A stretch of DNA of 64,000 bases, taken from the IMG/VR virus record IMGVR_UViG_3300009431_000015, positions 3,779-67,778 of that record; one strand, given 5' to 3'. The notes beneath the pieces were generated by a model, which had not been told where the DNA came from, ran no database searches, and worked only from the letters and a program-made list of their open reading frames with translations. Shown in pieces: positions 34,287-43,272 of the stretch (positions within the stretch are counted from its first letter, which is position 1; every line of letters begins with the position of its first letter). Origin of the DNA: a virus. Made by a program: the position numbers and the translations under genes.

Positions 34287-36608
34287 TTAAAGAGTGCTGA
34301 TTTGTGTAGCTAATCGACTGTCATTATGTAATGCGTAGATCCGATTGACTACCTTGTCAGCTCCCACTTGGCTTTTGCTTTTGTCAACTATGCATATGTA
34401 ATTACCACTTGGGTAATCATATACACCGTTGCGGCCGTCTGAGCCTTCTTTTATTTCTAGGACGTAACTTCGTGTTTGCCCATTAATGAGATAACCCTCG
34501 ATGGTGTTTCCATTAGTCATTGTATGTTTTGCAACTTGTATATTAAACATAGTTTCAGCGTGTTTTAGAAGTTCTTTACTTTTTTCGATAGCAGTAGTGT
34601 AAGCTTTTTTTGCTCCATCAATAACTACTTTTATATCGTCTATTAGAACTCCTTCTACAATTGCTGAATTCATTAATACATTTACAACATCCATCAGGTC
34701 TCTGCTATTTTGCAATTTAATAATTTTTTGTGTATCTTTAATTTTATAAAGCTTATCAGCAACAGACAGATAATTAAGATTTTTACGTCTTTCTATTACT
34801 AGTTTAATACTTAACTGGGCTTGTTCAAAGTTGTCATATGGAGCAATGTCCACACCTGTTTGTAAGTATCTATGGAATTTTAAGGAACACTTGCTCACTT
34901 CTTTAAGGAAATAGTCAAAATCAGATTGTTTCTCGAAACATAACCCTCTTTCTACACAGGCCCTAACTTCTTCACGGTTAATACGATACCCATTTATGTA
35001 AGTCCGCTCACTGGATATTCCATCAGAATTAGTCAGTGTTCGTATTTCTATTTTAAATGCGACATCCCCAATTGTGCCTCGTAGTGTTTTCCAGCTGGTA
35101 GTCTCATCTTTAATAAACATTTTACTGTATCTAGAATAATCTTGTTTTGATGCAAGATAATCCAGGAACCTGCCTAAGACATTATCAAAAGTGACCCTGT
35201 CTAGATCATGGTAATCTGTAGCTTTTACTAAGATGGTATGAGCCCAGTTTTTTACTTCTGGATCTTTGACATCATCTGGGATATCAAAGGTTAACTTCTG
35301 ATCTTCATAGGAGATAAAATCTTTTGTGTATGTTACCTCATTGATAGTGAGTTTTCCGCCTTCATCTAATACTTTAATTTTTTCTTTAATTTTGGCTTTT
35401 AACTTTTCTTTTTGTTTACCTTCTTCCTCAGCTCTAGACGCCCTCTGTTCGTGCCTTTTAGTAAGTAAGAGCAGATCGTTAGTATCCAAAACCTCTTGCG
35501 CGCCCGCTGGCAATCTATTAAGATAGTCTTCTAAGACAAAATCTCTGGGGAGAACTGGTTCTCGCTCAGTTAACACAGCAGAACCAAGGAATGGTTCTGA
35601 TTCATAACCATGGTGGTTTACACCCTTGTTTTTTGATAAGAACAATCTTCCCGCATCTATATAGTCATACATTGGATTTGTATGAGGGATTACTTGTAAT
35701 CTAAAATTAGTGGTAGTGGAATCATTATTATAAATGTAGGATCTGTTTCCGCTTGGGGCCATCGTTAAGAAAAATCTGGAGTTATCTGTTTCGAAAACAT
35801 CTGTTATTAACCTCAGGTATTTACTAGAGGAGTATATATCAAAGGTTGCTTGATGTTTTTTTGCTTCATAATTAAAGCGAGTATGCTTAATTTTTGGAAA
35901 AACTTTTTTTAAAAAAGCTGTTAAAATGTCACAATAGTTATTTGAGTGACCATTATAACTACCATCTATTTTAACGTAAGTATTTAAAAATCTGTTAGCA
36001 TCCTCGTGATTCTCCAGAAATGATGTACGCAGGTAAGAGTATAACTCAGTAACTGTTGTAAATGCTCTTTTCTGAAAAAAGTTTATAGGAAACAGTGAGC
36101 TATTATCATGTTTTACAAAAGTTAATATTTTACGAAATAATTCTAGTTTTGCTAAGGAATTTTTTGTTAGGCGCTTAAAAATAATGCCATCCTTTTCTCT
36201 GCTTATGCTGTTTGCATAATTGTTAGCCCCTAACACAAAACCATGTGTTTTAGCTTTTCGCAAAAGCAGCTCACTGCCTTCTTCACGTTCTTCATCTTCA
36301 TCTGTTGTCTTACTATCTATTTTAAAAAACTCTATTTCTTTAGAATCGTAAGTACTTTTTCCAGATGCTGAAGCCATGCTTGTTTTTGCTCTAACTAGAA
36401 TTGATAAATTCCTTATTAATTCCTCGTACGTTGTTTCGGTACTCCCACGTTGATTTTCACGAGTTTGGTCAAGTGTTTCTGTTTTATCATCTTTCTCTTT
36501 ATTAACTAAACTCTCTGGAAAAGAGCATAATTTTTCAACTTCTTCTTTGGTGAATCCTAAAGAATATAAATTATTGATTGCTGGGAATAATTGTTTACTT
36601 GTTTGCAT
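34287..36608 (-). CDS. 773-aa unknown protein heading the Ubl cassette
   Basis: Long ORF with central coiled-coil; C-terminal GYLINGQTRSY...NYICIVD...IYALHND. Confidence 0.7.
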   Translation of the reverse strand: MQTSKQLFPAINNLYSLGFTKEEVEKLCSFPESLVNKEKDDKTETLDQTRENQRGSTETTYEELIRNLSILVRAKTSMASASGKSTYDSKEIEFFKIDSKTTDEDEEREEGSELLLRKAKTHGFVLGANNYANSISREKDGIIFKRLTKNSLAKLELFRKILTFVKHDNSSLFPINFFQKRAFTTVTELYSYLRTSFLENHEDANRFLNTYVKIDGSYNGHSNNYCDILTAFLKKVFPKIKHTRFNYEAKKHQATFDIYSSSKYLRLITDVFETDNSRFFLTMAPSGNRSYIYNNDSTTTNFRLQVIPHTNPMYDYIDAGRLFLSKNKGVNHHGYESEPFLGSAVLTEREPVLPRDFVLEDYLNRLPAGAQEVLDTNDLLLLTKRHEQRASRAEEEGKQKEKLKAKIKEKIKVLDEGGKLTINEVTYTKDFISYEDQKLTFDIPDDVKDPEVKNWAHTILVKATDYHDLDRVTFDNVLGRFLDYLASKQDYSRYSKMFIKDETTSWKTLRGTIGDVAFKIEIRTLTNSDGISSERTYINGYRINREEVRACVERGLCFEKQSDFDYFLKEVSKCSLKFHRYLQTGVDIAPYDNFEQAQLSIKLVIERRKNLNYLSVADKLYKIKDTQKIIKLQNSRDLMDVVNVLMNSAIVEGVLIDDIKVVIDGAKKAYTTAIEKSKELLKHAETMFNIQVAKHTMTNGNTIEGYLINGQTRSYVLEIKEGSDGRNGVYDYPSGNYICIVDKSKSQVGADKVVNRIYALHNDSRLATQISTL

Positions 36609-36625
36609 GTTTTCCTTTTCCTGGG

Positions 36626-37045
36626 TTATAATGATTCTGTATCACAAGCTACCAGGACCAAAAAATCTTTTGCGTCTGGGTATACTTGAACTTCTTTATT
36701 GATAAAATCTTTTAGGTTTCCTACCTCGTAGAATGACATAAGTTTTGCTAATGAGCTTCCTGGTGAAATTTGTTTATCAGCGGAAAGTGTAAACCATAAA
36801 CCTTGGATTTTAGGATCGCCTTTATGGTCCAGAACCCATACATCTGAGATGTCGAAAGTTCTCCCGTTATTGTCTTCTACCGAAAATGAAATTTTTTCAG
36901 ACTTGCGTTCATCCCTCATTGTAATTTCATTTTTATCTACACTTTGTATCGTGACAGTTCTAACAGGATTCCCGATTCCTAAGTTTAGTATGTCGTCTCC
37001 TTTATCAGTATTTATTTTTTCAGTCATTTCAGTCATTTTATTCAT
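36626..37045 (-). CDS. Hypothetical protein (possible OB-fold ssDNA-binding)
   Basis: 139 aa, beta-rich; fold is a guess. Confidence 0.5.
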   Translation of the reverse strand: MNKMTEMTEKINTDKGDDILNLGIGNPVRTVTIQSVDKNEITMRDERKSEKISFSVEDNNGRTFDISDVWVLDHKGDPKIQGLWFTLSADKQISPGSSLAKLMSFYEVGNLKDFINKEVQVYPDAKDFLVLVACDTESL

Positions 37046-37069
37046 TGGTTATTTTATATTCATCTGTAA

Positions 37070-37498
37070 TTATTCGTTAGTTTCGTTATCATCAGTTTCC
37101 TCAGTTTCAACCTCAAAAGCTTTGACTGTTTCGATACCAATACTTGGTGGTTTCGTCAATACCTGCAAACTTGCAATCTCTTGTCCAAGGATTATTGTAA
37201 TTGGATATGAACCATGATTTCTGACTGTCACTTCCAAAGTAGTCTCTTTTCCAGCCGGAACATAGTCTTCTTCTACGAATAATGTACCACTTAGAACATT
37301 TCCGTAAGCAGAATTTAAATTTGTTACTCTACCATATTTAGTTTTTGGCAGCTGCACTTCCCACCCTACTGGAACTTTCTTGAGGGATTGTCCTGCAACT
37401 ATTATTTTCCTTGCTGCTGAGAGAACAATGATAAACCCATCGTCACTTACTTTTAGCGCTGCTGCGCTTGCGATCACTTTTTTTGTTTTTATTGTCAT
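37070..37498 (-). CDS. Degenerate dUTPase-fold protein
   Basis: VPVGWEVQLPKTKYGRV, EEDY, VRNHGSYPITIILGQEIASL; motifs II and V not conserved. Confidence 0.6.
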   Translation of the reverse strand: MTIKTKKVIASAAALKVSDDGFIIVLSAARKIIVAGQSLKKVPVGWEVQLPKTKYGRVTNLNSAYGNVLSGTLFVEEDYVPAGKETTLEVTVRNHGSYPITIILGQEIASLQVLTKPPSIGIETVKAFEVETEETDDNETNE

Positions 37499-37796
37499 TT
37501 TTTTCTTCCGATTTGTTGGGTAATTTAAAAATTAAATCTATTTTTTCTAGCGGCACTAATGTATCTACGGCTAAGAGTTCAGTTTCTTCTTTAACTTTTT
37601 CTATAGGTATAATAGGAGAGAGTATTAGGGCAGTTTCAGAAAGATACTTCAAATAGCCGATCATACCACTCCCTGTTTTAGGAGCTATTACTTGCAACGG
37701 ATTATAATCTCCTGGAGCCCATGCACTACCGGCGAGGTTTGTGATTTCCCCAGTGTGTATATTAAGTAAACGTGCTACATCTTTAGCTGTTATCAT
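37443..37796 (-). CDS. Hypothetical protein
   Basis: 117 aa, start abuts the recU stop. Confidence 0.55.
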   Translation of the reverse strand: MITAKDVARLLNIHTGEITNLAGSAWAPGDYNPLQVIAPKTGSGMIGYLKYLSETALILSPIIPIEKVKEETELLAVDTLVPLEKIDLIFKLPNKSEEKNDNKNKKSDRKRSSAKSK

Positions 37797-38267
37797 TTAT
37801 AATTTCCCTTTTTTAAATAGTAATAAAGCGTGGTGTAAGTAGTCATTTATGTCAACTAATAACTCGCTTTTAAATTCTTTTATAGGCATAGATTTGCGAC
37901 CATTTCCTAGCCAGTAAGTATCTACAAAACTTATAGGTGTTAAGAAAACTTTATTGGAGTACACAGCTTTAAAGTGTATCATAAAAAACGCGATACCACC
38001 CATATCCCGTACCATTCTGAGATATGTTAATTGGTGATCCTTGATATTAGCTAATGGGAAACTTGTTTTAGACATACACTCTTTTGCATCGTACGCAATA
38101 AATGTTCCACCTTTAACTAACCCAGCGAAATCTACTGTAGATTTTTTTGCTACGAAACCTCGGCGTGTGATAGTAACTGGAACCGGAATATTCAAAATTA
38201 AAGCTTCTAGCTTTTTGCGGTATTGTATATTACGATAATTTGCTATTTTTTCTAAGTCATTTGCCAT
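37797..38267 (-). CDS. recU: RecU-family Holliday junction resolvase
   Basis: STVDFAG...FIAYDAKE...FPLANIKDHQLTYL...GGIAFFMIHF. Confidence 0.85.
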   Translation of the reverse strand: MANDLEKIANYRNIQYRKKLEALILNIPVPVTITRRGFVAKKSTVDFAGLVKGGTFIAYDAKECMSKTSFPLANIKDHQLTYLRMVRDMGGIAFFMIHFKAVYSNKVFLTPISFVDTYWLGNGRKSMPIKEFKSELLVDINDYLHHALLLFKKGKL

Positions 38268-38315
38268 AAGAGTTTAACTTACAACTTATTGATTTGTTCC
38301 GAAAATATATTATGA

Positions 38316-39947
38316 TTAGTGTTCAAACAAAATAGATTCCCATCCCTTTTTTATAACATCTGGGGCTGTTTGCTTTCTGATTATTTCGCCTCCCTTTTTA
38401 GCTTCAGATTTCCAATAGTCGTAATTCTTCTTTACATTTAACATTTGCTCAATAACTTCACTTTGTTTAGCTATGAATTGATCACCAGCATCTAAATTAG
38501 CTTCTGGTTGTCCGCTAAATAAAGCTCCGCTCTGTTTTTCACAAGTTACCCATAAGATTCCGGGAACATTCTTTAAATCTAAATGTGCGGTATTTTTTGA
38601 TAATATTACTGGTATACCTTGTAGTAACGCCTGCCGCGGAGTCATAGAAAAGCCTTCACCAGATGATATAAATACATAGCAATTTAAAGTATTCCACCAA
38701 GAGGCGTATTCAGCATTATTTAAAGTTCTATTTTTTAGGTCTATTCCTTTATGATCCCTTTTGATGATATTCTTCATTTTCTCTACCATCTGTGGAATAT
38801 TAACAAACTCTCTTGAGTGGAGTCGTAGTCTGTCATTATCTTCTTTTATCTTATTAAAGGAATGAATGATTGTGTCAACACCTTTTCTTTCCCACAGCCC
38901 ACCAGAATATCCAAAATTAAAAGTATCTCCGGAGCCTTCACTTGGTTGCTCATAATATTTTGCTATGTGTGGTACTTTAAAAACTTTTTCATGACCAAGT
39001 TCAGATTCGATGAGGTCTTTTAACCATGTATTTGTTACTACCACTTTATCAAAAGCGTTTATTAATTCCTTAATTTTATGCACGCCGGTACTTTCCCACA
39101 TTAGGTACATACAGGTTTCCGCGTTAATAAACTTCTTCATGGCTTTCAATGTTTGTAAATCTGAGTATATACTCGTGGCATCTAAATCAAACCCACCTAC
39201 ATGAATAAATTTTGCATTCTGAAATTGAGAGGGATTAACTCTAAAGATACCTTCACGGGAATAATAGAATCGCATCCATTTAAAATCCCGTTCATATAGA
39301 TCTAGCTCGTCCTTTGAGAAATCTTTTAAATTACTAATGAATGAAAAGTGCAATTGGTGTCTATTTGGCTGTCTATTGAAACTAATTGTTTTATGGTTAT
39401 AAAATACGTTTTCTATTAAATTTGGAAGGTGTGCTCCAAGACCATCCTCTCTTAAATAATATCCTTGTAATATTATAGGTGTAGTGTTATCAATGTCGCC
39501 TTTCATATTTAACATTTCATACTTTTTTTGGGCTAAGTGAACTCTCAAATCAAACACTTTGTTTATTTTAATTGTGTCTGTAAATATTTCTAATGAAGAA
39601 CCTATTTCATGGGTGGGTAGTATAGCGTCCGTTAATCCGCGACCTAATGTAAATCCGGACAATTCTTTAGAGTTAATATGTAGTAAGATAACACTGGTGT
39701 TGCTTGGAGTAAGGTATCCATCGATTATGATATTGAAGTTTATTTCATGTTTACCCTTCTTGAATATTAATTCGCAAGCAAATTGCGATATTAATTTATT
39801 GTCCATATATGATAAGAATGCAGCAGCAGTATAGTTGCTGTTACTTTCGTATTTTAAAGTGATCCTATATACTGCAAACGGATCAACTGGTTTATCGAGT
39901 TGTAATTCAAAAATTTTTTGTCTTTCGTTGCTAAATAGACTTTTCAT
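38316..39947 (-). CDS. GT-B (family 4-like) glycosyltransferase with N-terminal extra domain
   Basis: DGLG, MWES, ERKGVD, SSGEGFSMTPRQALLQGIPVI. Confidence 0.8.
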   Translation of the reverse strand: MKSLFSNERQKIFELQLDKPVDPFAVYRITLKYESNSNYTAAAFLSYMDNKLISQFACELIFKKGKHEINFNIIIDGYLTPSNTSVILLHINSKELSGFTLGRGLTDAILPTHEIGSSLEIFTDTIKINKVFDLRVHLAQKKYEMLNMKGDIDNTTPIILQGYYLREDGLGAHLPNLIENVFYNHKTISFNRQPNRHQLHFSFISNLKDFSKDELDLYERDFKWMRFYYSREGIFRVNPSQFQNAKFIHVGGFDLDATSIYSDLQTLKAMKKFINAETCMYLMWESTGVHKIKELINAFDKVVVTNTWLKDLIESELGHEKVFKVPHIAKYYEQPSEGSGDTFNFGYSGGLWERKGVDTIIHSFNKIKEDNDRLRLHSREFVNIPQMVEKMKNIIKRDHKGIDLKNRTLNNAEYASWWNTLNCYVFISSGEGFSMTPRQALLQGIPVILSKNTAHLDLKNVPGILWVTCEKQSGALFSGQPEANLDAGDQFIAKQSEVIEQMLNVKKNYDYWKSEAKKGGEIIRKQTAPDVIKKGWESILFEH

Positions 39948-39973
39948 ATTTTTTTCCTGATTAGTAAAGATTC

Positions 39974-39998
39974 GGGAAGCTGTGATTAACAGCTCCCC
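39974..39998 (-). terminator. Hairpin after the SSB-like gene
   Basis: GGGGAGCTGT-TAATC-ACAGCTTCCC; weak U tract. Confidence 0.5.
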
Positions 39999-40012
39999 TA
40001 ATCAGTTATAGC

Positions 40013-40447
40013 TTAATCAAAATTGAACGCATCTACTTCTGAATCAGGTGATTCGCTGCCTTCCAATTTAGCCCAATTTTTAAGTTCATTTTTTGGATTC
40101 CCGGCAGGTGTTTTGCTGGGTTCTGTATAGGCTGTACAGGCTAATCCTACAAGAGCCGATGCTAAAGCTGGTCCCTCGATATCCTCACTTTCAATAAGGT
40201 CACTTCCGCATGCTTTTAGGAAAGATCCAAGAAACACAATAGCTTTTTCTGTTAGAGTGAATGTGTTCCATAGTTTCCTATTTTTATAATCGCCTGATAT
40301 TACCACGAAGGTTACATCGATTTTTGGGTTACCATTTCCGCTTGTTCCGAATTCTGCGTCTGTTACCCTAATCGGGTATCTGCCCATAGGTAGTGCTTCC
40401 ATGGGTCCTTGAGCATTCTCAGACCCTTTTTTTACATTAAATCCCAT
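40013..40447 (-). CDS. DUF669-family ssDNA-binding protein
   Basis: LPMGRY...AEFGTSGNGNPKI...GDYKNRKLW; acidic/aromatic tail DAFNFD; follows Sak4-like ATPase. Confidence 0.8.
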   Translation of the reverse strand: MGFNVKKGSENAQGPMEALPMGRYPIRVTDAEFGTSGNGNPKIDVTFVVISGDYKNRKLWNTFTLTEKAIVFLGSFLKACGSDLIESEDIEGPALASALVGLACTAYTEPSKTPAGNPKNELKNWAKLEGSESPDSEVDAFNFD

Positions 40448-40465
40448 ATTGTTTTGTCGGTTTTG

Positions 40466-41386
40466 TTATTCATTTAGATCGTCTACTAACATCTGTGCTT
40501 CATCTTCTCGAAGATCGAGCGGTGATGTTACCATATAATCTCTCTTTAGTTTATTTGTCATTTCTTCTTGCAAACCTTTTTTACCTCTCACCAATTTTTC
40601 TAGTTTGCCCAATGTTTCTGATTGAATACCGGCAGTCAAGAGTGTTTTCTTATTGTACGTGATTTCAACCGTCCTTTCATTTCTGCTGGCCAAATCTTTT
40701 TGTTGATTGAATACTACAGCCTCTCGTTCTAGACCTTTGATTCCAAGATATTTAGAAAAAGATCCATAATTAAATTCGAAGCTTTTTGGTAATTTGTTGG
40801 TCCTGTCTTTTTTAATGTATGCCATATGTTTTCCGTCTTCTTCTTGTAGTTCTAGAACTACATCAAACATAAACGGCAGTTGTTTTGGACCTTCGGCTTG
40901 CGTGCCAATTACTTTCATGAATTCGTCCTTATCAGCTGAATATAACACCTTACTTGGTGCTGTGACTATCACGTTCATATCCAGTGAAAGTAATTTTTTA
41001 ATTAATAGTTTTACTTCCGCCTTTATAAACTGATAGTCACGTGGCTGAAGTTCGTAGTCATTGTTGCCTGTTTTCAATTTCTGTTTCTTAATATACCCAT
41101 CTATGATATTATCGTAGATGTGCGTAAAAGGGTCTATAACGAATGTCTTAAAATCACCTGGGTTTTCCAGTAATTCGTCAATAGCTGCGTGTACTTTATT
41201 TGGATCCTGAGTCGGGATACGATGAAAATTGAAGTGTTCACCGTAGTGCTCAGACCCTTTTTCAGTATCAATCATGGCTACATTCGGGAAATGTAAACTT
41301 GTTACGGTTTTCCCGGTCCCTGTAGCGCCATATACATATAGCTTTAAACGTTGGGCACGCTCTTCCGCTTTCTGAAACATACTCAT
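40466..41386 (-). CDS. Sak4-like AAA ATPase/recombinase
   Basis: LYVYGATGTGKT, IDTEKGS, FVIDP, FMFDVV, KDRT. Confidence 0.8.
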   Translation of the reverse strand: MSMFQKAEERAQRLKLYVYGATGTGKTVTSLHFPNVAMIDTEKGSEHYGEHFNFHRIPTQDPNKVHAAIDELLENPGDFKTFVIDPFTHIYDNIIDGYIKKQKLKTGNNDYELQPRDYQFIKAEVKLLIKKLLSLDMNVIVTAPSKVLYSADKDEFMKVIGTQAEGPKQLPFMFDVVLELQEEDGKHMAYIKKDRTNKLPKSFEFNYGSFSKYLGIKGLEREAVVFNQQKDLASRNERTVEITYNKKTLLTAGIQSETLGKLEKLVRGKKGLQEEMTNKLKRDYMVTSPLDLREDEAQMLVDDLNE

Positions 41387-41394
41387 TTTTTTTA

Positions 41395-42069
41395 TTATCG
41401 GTTAAATGATGGTTTGAATGTATAATTTTTGACAACGTTGTAAAGAGCATCAGTGGAATCTAGATCTCTTTCACAATACTCTGCGATCTCTAATATACGT
41501 CCAGCAAGAAAAGCATCATAAACGTTCTCTGCTGAGATATCTCCTTCTTTTGGAGAAGGGAGTCCGCAATGTTCACAAGCAAGACGTAGTGTTACTTTGT
41601 GAAAGTTATTAAAATCTGATAGCACCGCACATACATCAAAATGTGGATATTTTTGAAATCGGCGTGTATCAAGAAAGGCTGAAGAGGTAGGTAATAATTT
41701 ATGTACCATAGATCTTTTTAAAATAAAAGGTACATCAAATGGTAAGCCGTTATAACTAACAAACAATCCATTGAATGATTTTAAAATATTCCAAAAAGCC
41801 GTTAAGATATCATGTTCTTCTCCGACTAAAGACTTTGTACTAGATTTTCCACCAGATGTAGCCTTTAACCCTATTACCACAATCTTTCCAAAGTATGGGT
41901 TTGTACCCATTATCAGTCTTTTCGCTTTTTCTTCTTCGGTATCAGGATTATTATTTAAATATCGTCCTACCTTTTTTTCCAATTCTTCCTTTTGTATTAT
42001 GGATAGTTCTTCTTTTTCCAGTGGGACAGTTTCAATGTCAAAAACAAGTTTACTATTGTTCATTGCCAT
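41395..42069 (-). CDS. PolB-type 3'-5' exonuclease (RNase H-like)
   Basis: VFDIET, YNGLPFDVPF, HFD, EYCERD; start taken as the ATG at 42069. Confidence 0.85.
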   Translation of the reverse strand: MAMNNSKLVFDIETVPLEKEELSIIQKEELEKKVGRYLNNNPDTEEEKAKRLIMGTNPYFGKIVVIGLKATSGGKSSTKSLVGEEHDILTAFWNILKSFNGLFVSYNGLPFDVPFILKRSMVHKLLPTSSAFLDTRRFQKYPHFDVCAVLSDFNNFHKVTLRLACEHCGLPSPKEGDISAENVYDAFLAGRILEIAEYCERDLDSTDALYNVVKNYTFKPSFNR

Positions 42070-42122
42070 ATGTGTTTTTGGTTTGTTTAATATATGAATA
42101 TTTAAACTAAATTGCAACCTAT

Positions 42123-42872
42123 TTATAATTCCATCGGAGAGCTTGTTGGAGCACATGTAAACTTTTTTTCATAATCCGGAAATGCATTGTGCATCTTCTC
42201 CAAGACCAGTTCTGGACTATTTGTGTTGGATGATATGTGACCTAAGAGGATCCAATCAATATTCTCCAAATCCAAATTTTCATATATAAATTCGATAGCT
42301 TGATGTGTAGAAAGATGACCCCATGGACTATCAATTCTTTCTTTCAGGTAGTCATCATAGTCTGGGAATTCTTTTAATAACTTAGGGTCATAATCTGCTT
42401 CTATCAGATATCCATTACAGTCTGAAAATTTACTACGCATTACTTTACTAATACTTCCAGTATCAGTTAGCAATCCAAATTTTTTCCCTGACGATATCTC
42501 AGTTACAATAAAGGCTAAACTATTTTTTGTATCATGTCTGGTACTTACTGATAGGATACTAAGATCACCAACTATAGTCACATCTCCACCTGTGATATAT
42601 TCAACGCTGCATTTAGTAAATAGTTCTGCTTTTTTTTCAAAAGTCTCCTTCGGGAGATATATCGTTTTACCGGTTTTCCTCCCAGCGATGCCTGCTCCGG
42701 AGATATGATCACCATGAGCATGGCTGCAGAAAATAGCGTCGAGATCGGTGATATGTGCCGCGGCAGTTGCTTTTTTCCACGATACTCCGACATCTAATAA
42801 AATCTTAGTAGTGTCAGTATATACTACACAACAGTTGCCGAAGGAGGAACTAAATATTGGATGTATCTTCAT
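42123..42872 (-). CDS. Metallo-beta-lactamase-fold nuclease (YycJ/WalJ-like)
   Basis: SSSFGNC, SHAHGDHISG, RHD, TDTG, EADYD, GHLS, GHIS. Confidence 0.85.
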   Translation of the reverse strand: MKIHPIFSSSFGNCCVVYTDTTKILLDVGVSWKKATAAAHITDLDAIFCSHAHGDHISGAGIAGRKTGKTIYLPKETFEKKAELFTKCSVEYITGGDVTIVGDLSILSVSTRHDTKNSLAFIVTEISSGKKFGLLTDTGSISKVMRSKFSDCNGYLIEADYDPKLLKEFPDYDDYLKERIDSPWGHLSTHQAIEFIYENLDLENIDWILLGHISSNTNSPELVLEKMHNAFPDYEKKFTCAPTSSPMEL

Positions 42873-43270
42873 TTATTAATTTTGGTTTCTGGTACTCTAA
42901 ATATGTGAAAGTAAACCCTATTTGCACTTATAGCGTTTCTTATTAATCTCTGTATTTTTGATAGTTTACTATTACCTGATTTTACTTCAATAAAGGTTAC
43001 AGTTCCGGTTTCTCTATCGAAATGTACATAATCTATCGGGTTTCCCATGAACTGTAAATCTTCCGGGTTGTAATTAAACCCATTTAAAAAAGGAGCCAGT
43101 TGTTCAGTGATAAGGCCGATCATAACTTCGCTACTTTTCTTTTGCGAAAGTAACTTTTGGTATTTGTGTTTAAGTTTTGTTTGTTGTTTAGCTGACTGAA
43201 TAATATACAGAGTAGCTCCGATCCATACTATAGCAAACATACAATAACCAACCACAGGGAGTATACTCAT
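42869..43270 (-). CDS. PD-(D/E)xK Holliday-junction-resolvase-like endonuclease with N-terminal TM
   Basis: GLITEQLAPF...FMGNPIDYVHF...FIEVKSG...LSKIQ. Confidence 0.8.
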   Translation of the reverse strand: MSILPVVGYCMFAIVWIGATLYIIQSAKQQTKLKHKYQKLLSQKKSSEVMIGLITEQLAPFLNGFNYNPEDLQFMGNPIDYVHFDRETGTVTFIEVKSGNSKLSKIQRLIRNAISANRVYFHIFRVPETKINK

Positions 43271-43272
43271 AA

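Noticed and set aside
42070-42156. N-terminal extension of the exonuclease in the ORF track
   Set aside because: Overlaps the MBL gene; the ATG at 42069 directly precedes the DIET motif region
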